64,000 bases of DNA from Verrucomicrobiota bacterium. Lineage in GTDB: Bacteria > Verrucomicrobiota > Lentisphaeria > Lentisphaerales > Lentisphaeraceae. Positions 41,382 to 50,997 of this stretch are shown here, piece by piece. The stretch is from contig JBDKFG010000020.1 in NCBI GenBank assembly GCA_039798785.1, forward strand, positions 1 through 64,000. Reading direction: 5' to 3'. A program made the position numbers and the translations under genes. Each line of letters opens with the position of its first letter. Position 1 is the stretch's first letter. The notes under the pieces were generated by a model. That model did not search any database. It worked only from the letters and a program-made list of their open reading frames with translations, and was not told where the DNA came from.

Positions 41382-41530
41382 GGGAGCTCGAGAGTTTATG
41401 TTTTTTCGGTTGAGGTGAGCCCAGTCGGGCGGAACCCGAAGGCGTCCGGGATTCCAGTCCAGGCTTGAGATGCAGAGGCGAGACTTTGGGTCGGAAGGGA
41501 TTCGGTGGAGCCTCCCGGGTGATCCGGGAT

Positions 41531-41638
41531 TCACATCACTTGCTTGGCGAGGAAGGCCGCAAGGGCCAACAGGATGAGCCCGGCGCAGACGCCGACGATG
41601 ATGGTCTTCTTCTTTTCGTTGTCGTCCATGCCGCTCAT
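41531..41638 (-). CDS. 35-aa single-pass membrane microprotein
   Basis: Manual translation MSGMDDNEKKKTIIVGVCAGLILLALAAFLAKQVM*; GGAGG RBS; starts 4 nt after the upstream stop. Confidence 0.6.
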   Translation of the reverse strand: MSGMDDNEKKKTIIVGVCAGLILLALAAFLAKQVM

Positions 41639-41642
41639 GACT

Positions 41643-43064
41643 TCAGCCTCCGCAGGTTTTGGCCCCACAGGTACTTGCGTTTTCGTTCTTCTCAAGCGCC
41701 AATCCGCAGCGTCTGAGGCCGAGGAAGCCTCCTTCGAGGTTGATCAGGTTCTTGTGGCCGGCTCGGCGCAGCAGCGACAGGGCGATGACCGAGCGGTAGC
41801 CGCTCTGGCAGTGGAGATGGATGGGAGCGTCGGGAAGCTCAATCCGGCCCGCAGCGGCGCAGATCTGCGACAAGGAGAGGTGGCCGGCGCCACGGAGATG
41901 GCTGCTGGCGTATTCGCCGGGACGGCGGACGTCGAGAATACGCGGGGAGCTCTCCTCGAAGATCATCGCGAAGTCCTCGGGCTTCAGGCTCGGGCTGGTT
42001 TCGATCGGACGCTTCGCCTCGGACCAGGCTTTGAGGCCGTCCTGCAGGATGCCGCCGATCCGGGTGAAGCCGACGCGGGCGAGGCGGGACACTGCTTCCG
42101 CTTCGCGGCCGGCGGGAGCGATGATCAGGATCGGCAGATCGAGTGCCGCGGCGATTTCGGCTGCCCAGGTGGCGAAGTGTCCGTCGAGGCCGCAGAAGAC
42201 CGCGCCCGGAACGCTGCCGGCGAGGAACTCCGGCGCGGTGCGGACGTCGAGGACGAGTGACGAAGGGCTCAGGCTGGCGAATTCGGAGGCGCTCAGGGGA
42301 CGGCGGCCCTCGGCGAGGATGCGGTCCAGGGGAGGATATCCTTCGCGGTTGAGGCGGGCGTTCATCGGGAAGTAGGCGGGAGGAGGGGGGATGCCGTCGA
42401 TCACCTTGGCGATGAACTCTTCGCGGCTGGCGGCCCGCAGCGCATAGTTCAAAGTCTTCTGGCTGCCGAGAGTGTCTTCCGGCTTCGACGACAGGCTCTT
42501 GCCGCAGGCCGAGCCGGCGCCGTGGCCGGGGCGGATGACGACTTCGTCGGGAAGACCGAGTATCTTGCGTTGCAGGGAGTCATAGAGCTGGCCAGCCATG
42601 TCCTCCACCTTGCCTTCAGGTGAGACTGCGAGGTCGGGGCGGCCGACGTCGCCGATGAACAGGGTGTCGCCACTGAAAAGGCTGTCGATCCTACCCTGCT
42701 CGTCCCGCACCAGGAAGCAGCAGGATTCAGGGGTGTGGCCGGGGGTGTGCAGCACTTCGATGCTGACTTCGCCGAGCTTGATGATTTCTCCGTCCCTGGC
42801 GATGTGTGCGGGATAGGCGGGGTTGGCGCCGGGGCCGAAGACGATGCGGGCGCCGCAATCGCGGGCCAGGTCGATGTGGCCGCTGACGAAGTCGGCGTGG
42901 AAATGGGTTTCGAGCACTTCGGTGATCCGGGCGCCGCGTCTCGCCGCCAGGTCGATGTAGGCTTGCGCCTCCCGCATCGGATCGATCACGGCCGCCACTC
43001 CGGCGGATTCGATGTAGTAGGCGGCCTCGGCCAGGCAGCCGGTATAGAGACGTTCGATGTGCAT
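41643..43064 (-). CDS. MBL-fold persulfide dioxygenase-rhodanese fusion (CstB/ETHE1-like)
   Basis: THFHADF.SG, TPGHT, GDTLF.GDVGRPDL, PGHGAGSACG, two rhodanese domains (last with CQSGYRS). Confidence 0.9.
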   Translation of the reverse strand: MHIERLYTGCLAEAAYYIESAGVAAVIDPMREAQAYIDLAARRGARITEVLETHFHADFVSGHIDLARDCGARIVFGPGANPAYPAHIARDGEIIKLGEVSIEVLHTPGHTPESCCFLVRDEQGRIDSLFSGDTLFIGDVGRPDLAVSPEGKVEDMAGQLYDSLQRKILGLPDEVVIRPGHGAGSACGKSLSSKPEDTLGSQKTLNYALRAASREEFIAKVIDGIPPPPAYFPMNARLNREGYPPLDRILAEGRRPLSASEFASLSPSSLVLDVRTAPEFLAGSVPGAVFCGLDGHFATWAAEIAAALDLPILIIAPAGREAEAVSRLARVGFTRIGGILQDGLKAWSEAKRPIETSPSLKPEDFAMIFEESSPRILDVRRPGEYASSHLRGAGHLSLSQICAAAGRIELPDAPIHLHCQSGYRSVIALSLLRRAGHKNLINLEGGFLGLRRCGLALEKNENASTCGAKTCGG

Positions 43065-43118
43065 GCTAGGTCCTTTCTGGGTTGGTCTTCTATATTAAAC
43101 GAGTATATTCGCTCGATT

Positions 43119-44834
43119 ATGACACGAACCGCTAACATACTTCGGCTTTTGCCGAAAATCCCGGTGCCCACCCGGGACAATTTTCGTCCTGACCTGATTG
43201 CCGGGCTGACAGTGGCGATGTTGATCCTGCCGCAATCGATGGCCTATGCTGAACTTGCCGGTTTGCCGCCGCACTGGGGGCTCTATGGCGCCCTGGTGCC
43301 GGTGCTGGTTGCCGGTCTTTGGGGCTCGCTTCTCGGCACCGGGCCGGTGGCGCTCACCGGACTGGTCGCGGCCGGCGTCCTCGCCGCGCACAGCGCTCCC
43401 TACAGCGACTGCCGGGTGCAGCTGATGATCCTCCTCGCCTTCCTCGTCGGCCTGGTTCGCATCTTCATGGCGATGGTCAACATGGCGGCGCTGGTCAATT
43501 TCGTCGCCCATCCGGTGGTCTCCGGATTCAGCAATGGCGCCGCCCTGACCATTTGCATCACGCAGTTGCCGACGCTTCTGGGCATCAAGGCTCAGGTGGC
43601 GACGCCGGGGGCTGGGGGTGTCCTGGGCGATGTCGGCTCAGCATTGCTGCACTCCGGCACCTGGCATCTGCCGACTCTGGCCTTCGGTCTTGGCGGCGTC
43701 GCCTTTCTCTTGGCGATGCGCCGCCTGGCGCCGAAATTTCCGGCTCCTTTGGGCCTGGCCGCCGCCTCCATCCCGATCGCCTGGGCCTGCGGCTTCGGCG
43801 GCAGCCAGGTGGGGGTCCTGCCGAAGGGGCTGCCGGATCTCGGCCTGAGCTGGAATCCCGAGCTTTGCGGCGGACGCAGCTTCTGGGAGATGGCCTGGGT
43901 GCTGCTGCCCGCAGCGATCATCGTCACCTTCATCAGCTTCCTAGAAATCCTGTCGGTGTCGAAGGCGATCAGCCTCAAGACCCGTCGTCCGATGGACCTC
44001 AACCACGAGCTGATGGGCCAAGGCGCCGCTTCCGTCGCCGGCGCCTTCGCCGGCGCGATGGTCACCTCCAGCTCCTTCTCCCGCAGCGCACTCAACGTCG
44101 CCAGCGGGGCCAAAAGTGGCATGAGCTCGATCTACTGCGCCGGCTTCGTCTCCTTGGTCCTGCTCTTCTGCACCGATGTGCTCACCCACCTTCCCAAGGC
44201 GGTCCTCGCCGCGATCATCATCGTCTCGGTCTTCAACTTGATGGACTTCGCGCCTCTCCGCCAGGCTTGGAAGGTGAAGCGTGGGGACGGCTGGGCGGCG
44301 CTGCTCACCTTCGTCCTCACCGTCGCCTTGGCTCCGGACGTCGTCCTCGCCTTCTGCGTCGGCACTCTTCTCTGCATCGGCATGTTCCTCTACAGGGCGA
44401 TGCGGCCGGAGGTGATGATCTTCGGGCGTGACTGCAATGACTGCAGCGGCGCCGCGGCGGATCTTGGACGCAGCCGCACTGCCGTCGGCCTGCGCTATCA
44501 AGGTTCGCTTTTCTTCGCCTCGATCGCTCATTTCGAGGAGAAGATCCTTGAGGCCGTCACCTGGCATCGGGAGGCCAGGCACGTGATCATCGCCGCGGAA
44601 GGGATGAACGGCATCGACGCTTCGGGGGAATGGGGGCTGCGCCAGCTCATCCTCCGCCTCAAGGACAACGGCATCAGCCTCGCCTTCGCCGGTCTCCCAG
44701 CCGCCGCCTTCGAGACTCTCAGCCGCGCCGGTCTGGTTGAACTCATCGGCGCCGAAAATTTCCATCCCGATCTCGACAAGGCCCTGCGCCATCACCACGA
44801 GAAGAGCGGCGTCACCGGGGATTTCATGATCTGA
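43119..44834 (+). CDS. SulP/SLC26 anion transporter with STAS domain
   Basis: DLIAGLTVA..LPQSMAYA.LAGLPP..GLY, SFSRS, C-terminal STAS (LFFAS, IDASG). Confidence 0.93.
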   Translation: MTRTANILRLLPKIPVPTRDNFRPDLIAGLTVAMLILPQSMAYAELAGLPPHWGLYGALVPVLVAGLWGSLLGTGPVALTGLVAAGVLAAHSAPYSDCRVQLMILLAFLVGLVRIFMAMVNMAALVNFVAHPVVSGFSNGAALTICITQLPTLLGIKAQVATPGAGGVLGDVGSALLHSGTWHLPTLAFGLGGVAFLLAMRRLAPKFPAPLGLAAASIPIAWACGFGGSQVGVLPKGLPDLGLSWNPELCGGRSFWEMAWVLLPAAIIVTFISFLEILSVSKAISLKTRRPMDLNHELMGQGAASVAGAFAGAMVTSSSFSRSALNVASGAKSGMSSIYCAGFVSLVLLFCTDVLTHLPKAVLAAIIIVSVFNLMDFAPLRQAWKVKRGDGWAALLTFVLTVALAPDVVLAFCVGTLLCIGMFLYRAMRPEVMIFGRDCNDCSGAAADLGRSRTAVGLRYQGSLFFASIAHFEEKILEAVTWHREARHVIIAAEGMNGIDASGEWGLRQLILRLKDNGISLAFAGLPAAAFETLSRAGLVELIGAENFHPDLDKALRHHHEKSGVTGDFMI

Positions 44835-45540
44835 GATTCATCGAGATCCGGCTGCGTCCTGCTGCTTGTCCATCATCCAGGTGTCGAGCTTGCAGGTGTT
44901 CATCGAAGTGCCGACGCATCGCCGCGCAGAAGCTGTCCATCGATCCCACTTGCAGCTCCCGCAAAAGATCGCGATGCGACACCAGGCTGTCGTCCTCGAA
45001 TCGTTCCGGATGGAAATAGCCGCGGTTCTCCTCCATGAAGGGAGCGAGGATCTGCTGCAGTTGTGCCGCCAGGAGATTGCCGCTGATCTCGTAAAGACGG
45101 GCGTGGAACTCATGGTCGACCCTGATCGCCGTCTTCAGATCGCCCGGCCTCGCCTCCTCGCTCCGCACCAGTTTTTCCAGATTGGCCAGATCCTCCTCCC
45201 GGCGCCGCAGGAATACCAGCGGCGCCAGGCCGATCTCGATCACGACCCGCAGCTGAAACAAAGTCTGCCGCTGATCGCTCCCAAGCAGCGGCAGGTTCAG
45301 GATGCTGGCAAAGGAACCGGCCAAGTCCGGCTCCGCCAGGCGCAGTCCGCGACTACGCCGTGAATCGCAGAGGCCGGCGCGACGAAGCCCCGCCAAGGCC
45401 TCCCGGATCACTGCGCGGCTGACCGCAAAGCGCGCCGCCAGCTCCAATTCAGTCGGCAAGGCGTCCCCAGCCTTCAGTCCGCTGCTGCGGATGTAGGCGA
45501 TCAGTTCGGCTTCAGTCTTCCTGCTCAGGCTCGAATTCAT
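44824..45540 (-). CDS. GntR/FadR-family transcriptional regulator
   Basis: GDALPTE.ELA..FAVSR..IREAL HTH; FCD domain with DHEFH and GN. Confidence 0.93.
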   Translation of the reverse strand: MNSSLSRKTEAELIAYIRSSGLKAGDALPTELELAARFAVSRAVIREALAGLRRAGLCDSRRSRGLRLAEPDLAGSFASILNLPLLGSDQRQTLFQLRVVIEIGLAPLVFLRRREEDLANLEKLVRSEEARPGDLKTAIRVDHEFHARLYEISGNLLAAQLQQILAPFMEENRGYFHPERFEDDSLVSHRDLLRELQVGSMDSFCAAMRRHFDEHLQARHLDDGQAAGRSRISMNLRS

Positions 45541-45657
45541 GTCGGCTCCTTCTTCTCCCCCTTCAAGCTAGCTCCACCCTCCCGCCAGGAATTGTGATTT
45601 TTATGAATTTAATAATTTTATTACTTGCCAAATTTTGGATCTGGCGCAGATTTCGGT

Positions 45658-45672
45658 CTATGTCAGACATAG
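45658..45672. promoter_or_regulatory. Palindromic FadR-type operator
   Basis: CTATGTC-A-GACATAG perfect palindrome in the divergent promoter between the GntR gene and the pilin-like gene. Confidence 0.7.
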
Positions 45673-45699
45673 TTTGAATCCAGAATTAAGGAGGAAATC

Positions 45700-46413
45700 A
45701 TGCGCAGGATGACCTTGATCGAAGTGTTGATGGTGATTCTGGTGATCGCGGTTTTGATTTCGCTGCTGCTGCCGGCCTTCAGCCGGGCTCGTCAGGTGGC
45801 GCAGTTGGCAGTCTGCAGCAGCAATTTGAAGCAGATCTCGACGGCGACGATGCTCTACCAGAGCAACAATCGCGGGCGCATGCCCGGCTTCCTCGGCCGC
45901 CGCAACATTGCTTGGCTCGGGCAGGACGGGACGGACTCGGCCTTGCCGAAGGCGAAGGACCGGGCTTTGAACACTTATCTGGATCCAAGCCGGAAGGGCA
46001 AGGTCGGGGCCAAATGTCCTGGCGATTTTTATTACAAGAGTCTCAGCATTTCCGCATATGAGCGTCGGGGATCCTCCTACGTCGCCAACCGTGCCGGGCT
46101 ATATCCGGGCAACAACAGCTCGCCCAGCGGCATGGAGGACACCGGCATCGGCGAGGGCACGGTGGCAGGATTGACCTACACCCGTTCGATCCTCCTCGAC
46201 CAGGTGCAGCGGCCTGGGATCATGGTGCAGCTGATGGAATCGGGGGCGGTCGACCGCATCGAAGACGCCAACAACGCGCCGAAGAATCACGAGTTCCATT
46301 ACAATCAGAAATGGGTCTTTGGCTTCCTTGATGGCCACGTCAACGCCTATGTCGCCCAGTCCGGCGTCGGCAACACCCTCGACTACAAGACGCAGAGGAG
46401 CCTGGCGCAATGA
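45700..46413 (+). CDS. Prepilin-type N-terminal cleavage/methylation protein (DUF1559-like)
   Basis: MRRMTLIEVLMVILVIAVLISLLLPA..RAR..A....C.SNLKQI; C-terminal H-x10-DGHV. Confidence 0.9.
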   Translation: MRRMTLIEVLMVILVIAVLISLLLPAFSRARQVAQLAVCSSNLKQISTATMLYQSNNRGRMPGFLGRRNIAWLGQDGTDSALPKAKDRALNTYLDPSRKGKVGAKCPGDFYYKSLSISAYERRGSSYVANRAGLYPGNNSSPSGMEDTGIGEGTVAGLTYTRSILLDQVQRPGIMVQLMESGAVDRIEDANNAPKNHEFHYNQKWVFGFLDGHVNAYVAQSGVGNTLDYKTQRSLAQ

Positions 46414-47180
46414 TCCAGCTTCTTATCATCGTGGTGGCGTTGGCCGCACTGTTCCGGGCGGTGCAGCTGCAGCTTCGCAGCCGCCGCAGCTATGTTGCGC
46501 CGCTGCATCGGCTCGCCTGGGGCCTGCTCTCCCTCGTCGGCGCCGGTCTGCACTCTTGGTTGAGCTCCCGCTCAGAGGACGAGCTCCGCGATCGCGCCCT
46601 GGCGAGTTTTTCCAGCAACCAGGAAATCAGGATCCGCCAGATCAGCGACAAGCTTTTCAACGCTTCGAAGGGACGGCGCGCCGTGCTGGTTCACTCGAGT
46701 CGCAACATGAGGGAGATGGTGCGCAGCACCGATGAAGCCCTCCGGCGTCAGCTCAGTTCCCTGGAATCGACCTACCTCGGCCCGGTCGAAGTGGCGCTTC
46801 CGGCGACTTCATGGGACCCGGTCTTTAACGCCAGAATGGTGGCCGAGGTGCAGGCCAAGATGCCTCTGGCCAGCGTCTGGATCTGCGCCGCCGGAGATCT
46901 CACCCAGGCAGATCAGGTCGCCGACAGCCCTCTCTTCGCCGCGGCGTTGGATGGTGAGGCGAGAGAGGCTCATCCTGAGTTTCCCGACATCATCCTGCTC
47001 GATGCCCTCCCGAGTGAATTCAACGTCGACCTTTTGCGCCGCGGTTGGATCAGTGCTCTCGTCCTTGCCGATCCCAATGCTCCGGCCAGCCCTGGCGGCA
47101 CCAATCCCGGCCTGGTCATCACCCGTGACAATCTCGAAGAAATCAAGAAACAACACCCCGGTCTGATTCCCGGTGTATAA
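46410..47180 (+). CDS. Membrane-anchored hypothetical protein
   Basis: ATGA-coupled to the pilin gene; two N-terminal hydrophobic helices followed by a soluble domain. Confidence 0.7.
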   Translation: MIQLLIIVVALAALFRAVQLQLRSRRSYVAPLHRLAWGLLSLVGAGLHSWLSSRSEDELRDRALASFSSNQEIRIRQISDKLFNASKGRRAVLVHSSRNMREMVRSTDEALRRQLSSLESTYLGPVEVALPATSWDPVFNARMVAEVQAKMPLASVWICAAGDLTQADQVADSPLFAAALDGEAREAHPEFPDIILLDALPSEFNVDLLRRGWISALVLADPNAPASPGGTNPGLVITRDNLEEIKKQHPGLIPGV

Positions 47181-47213
47181 TCATCCGGACAGGCCAGCAA
47201 CTCAGGAGATCCC

Positions 47214-48380
47214 ATGATCCCAAGCAGTCAACTCGACGCCCATGCCGACGGCATCCTCGACTTCTACCGCAAGGTCGCCGCAGCCCACCCCGGCCGCCCC
47301 TTCCCGCAGACCATCGACGACCAGGGCCGAGTCCTTCCTGACGCCCGTCGCCACCTCGTCAGCTCGACCCGCCTCTGCATCAACTTCTCCCGCGCCTGGC
47401 TGCGCTGGCAGCGCCCCGCCGACCTCGAGCTCGCCCGCCGCCTCCACGCCGAATGGCTGGAACACCGCTCGCCGCAAGGGAAATGGGCCTGGTCGATCGA
47501 GGCTGACGGCTGCCGCGACGAAGCGCCCCGCTGCTACGGCGCCGCCTTCAACCTCCTCAGCGCCGCCTGGTCGCTCCGCGCCGGCCTCTGCGGACCCGAA
47601 CTCCTCGAACGCTGCTACGCCGAGATGGAGCGCGACTTCAATCTCGGAGGCGAAGCCCTCTTCGGCGACGAACGCGACGCCGCCGGCCAGCTCCTCCCCT
47701 ACCGCGGCCAGAACGCCAACATGCACTCGGTCGAAGCTCTCCTCGCCGCCCACGCCGCCAGCGGCGACCAGAAGTATCTCGACCGCGCCAGCGCCATCGC
47801 CCGCCGCCTCGTCGTCGACCTCGCACCCCAGTCCGACGGCTGGATCTGCGAACACTACCGCCAGGACTGGTCCGCCGACTGGGATTTCCACCGCGACAAT
47901 CCCCGCGACCTCTATAAGCCCTGGGGCTTCCAGACCGGCCACCAGACCGAATGGGGCAAGCTCCTCGTCCAGCTCCGCCGCCGCCGCCCGGATGATCCGG
48001 CCTTCGCCTGGATCCTCCCTGCCGCCAGCCGCCTCACCCTCGAAGCCTGCGAAGCCGCCTGGGACGACCAGCACGGCGGCCTCGTCTACGGCCTTGACCG
48101 CCAACGCCAGACCTGCGACGACCAGAAGCACTTCTGGGTCCAGGCCGAATCCTTCGCCGCCCTCGCCCTTCTCGAACAGGAAGGCGTCAGCGCCGCCGCC
48201 CCCTGGGCCGAACGCTTGTGGAACTACAGCCAACAGCACTGGGTCATCCCCGGCCTCGGCGGCCCCTGGTTCCGCGTCCTCGAACGCAACCACGCCCCCA
48301 CCGACCGCACCCTCGCCGTCCCCGGCGGCAAGGTCGACTACCACACCGCCGGAGCGATTTTGGATGTGCTGGGGTCGTGA
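47214..48380 (+). CDS. AGE-family (N-acylglucosamine 2-epimerase/mannose isomerase) protein
   Basis: RHLVSSTR, QNANMH, GHQTEW.KLL, WVQAE, GKVDYH. Confidence 0.9.
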   Translation: MIPSSQLDAHADGILDFYRKVAAAHPGRPFPQTIDDQGRVLPDARRHLVSSTRLCINFSRAWLRWQRPADLELARRLHAEWLEHRSPQGKWAWSIEADGCRDEAPRCYGAAFNLLSAAWSLRAGLCGPELLERCYAEMERDFNLGGEALFGDERDAAGQLLPYRGQNANMHSVEALLAAHAASGDQKYLDRASAIARRLVVDLAPQSDGWICEHYRQDWSADWDFHRDNPRDLYKPWGFQTGHQTEWGKLLVQLRRRRPDDPAFAWILPAASRLTLEACEAAWDDQHGGLVYGLDRQRQTCDDQKHFWVQAESFAALALLEQEGVSAAAPWAERLWNYSQQHWVIPGLGGPWFRVLERNHAPTDRTLAVPGGKVDYHTAGAILDVLGS

Positions 48381-48383
48381 GAA

Positions 48384-48577
48384 ATTCAAAATTCCAGATT
48401 CAAAATTCAAGAAGGAGCAAAAAACGACATGGAAGATTCAAGATTGAATATCCTGCCCTCCCATCTTGAATCTTGAATCTCCTCCCGCCCTCCCATCTTG
48501 AATCTTGAATCTTGAATCTTGAATCTCCTCCCGCCCTCCCATCTTGAATCTTGAATTTTGAATCTTGAATCTTCAAA
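48384..48577. repeat. Inverted heptamer arrays (ATTCAAR)n ... [GCCCTCCCAT(CTTGAAT)n]x3
   Basis: 4 ATTCAAR-like units after the AGE stop; three blocks with 2, 4 and 4 CTTGAAT-like units each preceded by gccctcccat, ending at the sialidase RBS. Confidence 0.92.
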
Positions 48578-48587
48578 GGAGCCCCCC

Positions 48588-49769
48588 ATGAAAATCCTCG
48601 CCGCCTCGCTCGTCCTCGCCCTCGCCTGCGCCGCCGCCGAAACCATCAAGCCCGCTGCGCCAACCGCAACAGCCGCGGCGGTCGAGCCGATCGCCATCTT
48701 CGCCGCGAAGCAGCACGGCTATGCCGGTTTCCGCATCCCCGCCCTGCTCCGCACCCAGGACGGCCGCCTCCTCGCCTTCGCCGAAGGACGCAAGAACAAC
48801 CTCGGCGACGCCGGCGACATCGACCTGGTGATGATGAGCTCGACCGACGAAGGCAAGACCTGGGGCGGCTTCACCGTCCTCGCCGACGAAGGCAAGAATT
48901 TCATCGGCAACCCCGCGCCGGTCCTCGACGAGCGCGACGGCAGCATCACCGTGCTCCTCACCTGGAAGGTCGACGGCGCCCACGAAGGCGACATCCGCAA
49001 GGGGAAACAGGCCCCGGCGATGATCTGGTCGATCCGCAGCACCGACGGCGGCAAGACCTGGTCGAAGGCGGAAGAACGCAAGGAGCTCAGCACTGAGCTC
49101 CTCGCCCGCGGCTGGCGCTGGAACATCCCCGGCCCCGGCCGCGCCATCCAGCTCAAGAATGGCGAACATAAGGGTCGCCTGGTCTGTGCCGGCAACCACT
49201 CCGGCTCCGGCGGTGAAGGCAACCGCTTCCTCGGCGGCAACAGCTTCTTCTCCGACGACGGCGGCAAGACCTGGAAGCTCGGCGCCGTCGACGCCGCCCC
49301 CGCCGAAGGCCGTCCCGCCAAGGGCGACTTCGTCTACCCCAACGAATCCACCTGCGCCGAGCTGCCCGACGGCCGCATCGTCTTCTCCACCCGCGACCAG
49401 GGCGGCCCCAGCAAGGCCAACCGCGGCATCGCCTGGAGCAAGGACGGCGGCGCCAGCTTCGAGGCCGCCTACGCCCCCGACCACGGCCTCACCGGCCCGG
49501 TCTGCCAGGGCAGCCTCCTCAGCGGCACCGACGCCGCAGGCAAGCCGGTCCTGCTCTGCTCCTTCCCGTCGGGCAAAGGCCGTGAGAAACTCCTCATCCG
49601 CCTCTCCCGTGACGGCGGCAAATCCTGGCAGGACGGCCCCCTCCTTTTCCCCGGTGCCGCCGCCTACTCCGACCTCGTCCAGCTCGCCCCCGGCCGCTTC
49701 CTCGCCATCGCCGAACTCAAGGGCTACGGCGGCATCTCGGCGCTGCCGTTTGAGATCAAAGGGGAGTAA
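48588..49769 (+). CDS. Secreted sialidase (GH33/BNR-repeat)
   Basis: Signal peptide, FRIP, five Asp-boxes (S.DGGK.W), PNE, AYS. Confidence 0.9.
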   Translation: MKILAASLVLALACAAAETIKPAAPTATAAAVEPIAIFAAKQHGYAGFRIPALLRTQDGRLLAFAEGRKNNLGDAGDIDLVMMSSTDEGKTWGGFTVLADEGKNFIGNPAPVLDERDGSITVLLTWKVDGAHEGDIRKGKQAPAMIWSIRSTDGGKTWSKAEERKELSTELLARGWRWNIPGPGRAIQLKNGEHKGRLVCAGNHSGSGGEGNRFLGGNSFFSDDGGKTWKLGAVDAAPAEGRPAKGDFVYPNESTCAELPDGRIVFSTRDQGGPSKANRGIAWSKDGGASFEAAYAPDHGLTGPVCQGSLLSGTDAAGKPVLLCSFPSGKGREKLLIRLSRDGGKSWQDGPLLFPGAAAYSDLVQLAPGRFLAIAELKGYGGISALPFEIKGE

Positions 49770-49775
49770 GGAATT

Positions 49776-50006
49776 ATGCCAGATCTCGTTCAGAATGCCT
49801 GCTTAGACTGCCGCAAGGTTTTTAAAAAACCTGATATCCCCTATGTCCATGAAGCAGAGTTAGAAAAGCGCAAGTTTTATCCATGCCCTGATTGCGGTAA
49901 AATGATGCAATACATGGGCGTTAAGTTCCGAGCTCCTCCCAAGAGAGATCTTGCAGCTTGGGACAAAATTCGCGATTCAATTCAAGCCGGTGAAAACTGG
50001 ATGTAA
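49776..50006 (+). CDS. Small zinc-ribbon-like protein, AT-rich
   Basis: CLDC...CPDC...G.KFRAP; AAGGA RBS; visibly lower GC than its flanks. Confidence 0.7.
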   Translation: MPDLVQNACLDCRKVFKKPDIPYVHEAELEKRKFYPCPDCGKMMQYMGVKFRAPPKRDLAAWDKIRDSIQAGENWM

Positions 50007-50055
50007 TTACGTTTTTACCCTGCAACCCCTTTACCCCGCAACCCGGTTCCAGCTC

Positions 50056-50997
50056 ATGCCCACCCTCCACGCCTTCGGCGAACTCCTCATCGACGCCCTT
50101 CCCGGCCCACCGGTCGACGGCCAGCCCAGCCTGGTCCTGCATGCCGGCGGCGCCCCCGCCAACGTCGCCTGCCAATACGCCCGCCTCGGCGGACGCGGAC
50201 GCGTCATCGGCGGCATCAGCCGCGACCCCCTCGGCCAATGGCTTAAGCAGCAAGCGACAAGCTTCGGCGTCGACTGCAGCGGCCTGGTCGAAGTCGACAA
50301 TCCCACCGCCATGGCCATCGTCTCCCTGACCCCGGCCGGCGAACGCAGCTTCACCTTCCACCGCCACGGCACCGCCGACCTCGCCTTGCGCCTGCCGCAA
50401 ATCGACCTCGACGCCCTCAAGCCCGGCGACATGCTGCACTTCTGCTCCAACACCCTGACCGAAGCCGGCGCCGCCGCGACCACCCTCGCCCTCGCCGACG
50501 CCGCCCGCGATCTCGACCTGCTGGTCAGCCTCGACCTCAACCTCCGTCCCGGCCTCTGGCAGGGCGGCAAGCCGGACTTCAAGTTGGTCTCCCAGGCCCT
50601 GACCCGCAGCCACCTCGTCAAGATGGCCAAGGAGGAACTCGAGTGGTATCTCGCCGAGGGACGCATCGCCAGCGCCGAAGCCCTGGTCGACGAGCAAGGC
50701 ATCGTCCTCGTCGTCACCGACGGCCCGGGCGAGATCAAGGTCTATTCGCCCCGCTTCTCTCCCTTCAGCGTCGTGCCGCCCAAGGTCGCCGCGGTCGACA
50801 CCACCGGCGCCGGCGACAGCTTCTGCGGCGGCCTCCTCTGGCAGCTCGGCCGCAGCGGCAATCCCTTGCAGGCGCTTGAAGACGCGGCGCTTCTTCGCCA
50901 GGCGGTCGACTTCGCCGCCCGTTGCGGCGCCCGCACCTGCCAAGGACGTGGCGCCATGGCAGCGATGCCCGGAGCTGATGCGCTCGGAATAAAATGA
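50056..50997 (+). CDS. PfkB-family carbohydrate kinase (fructokinase-like)
   Basis: FGELLID, GGAPANVA, DLNLRP.LW, VDTTGAGDSF. Confidence 0.93.
   Translation: MPTLHAFGELLIDALPGPPVDGQPSLVLHAGGAPANVACQYARLGGRGRVIGGISRDPLGQWLKQQATSFGVDCSGLVEVDNPTAMAIVSLTPAGERSFTFHRHGTADLALRLPQIDLDALKPGDMLHFCSNTLTEAGAAATTLALADAARDLDLLVSLDLNLRPGLWQGGKPDFKLVSQALTRSHLVKMAKEELEWYLAEGRIASAEALVDEQGIVLVVTDGPGEIKVYSPRFSPFSVVPPKVAAVDTTGAGDSFCGGLLWQLGRSGNPLQALEDAALLRQAVDFAARCGARTCQGRGAMAAMPGADALGIK

Noticed and set aside
48451..48577. Repeat blocks as a CRISPR array
   Set aside because: No unique spacers; units are 7-mers with an identical linker; no cas genes in the window.
48407..48697. ORF with repeated 'FKIQDSR' peptides
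   Set aside because: Translation artefact of the heptamer array. The same applies to the 'KVERL' ORFs at 1346-1591 and 2773-3192.
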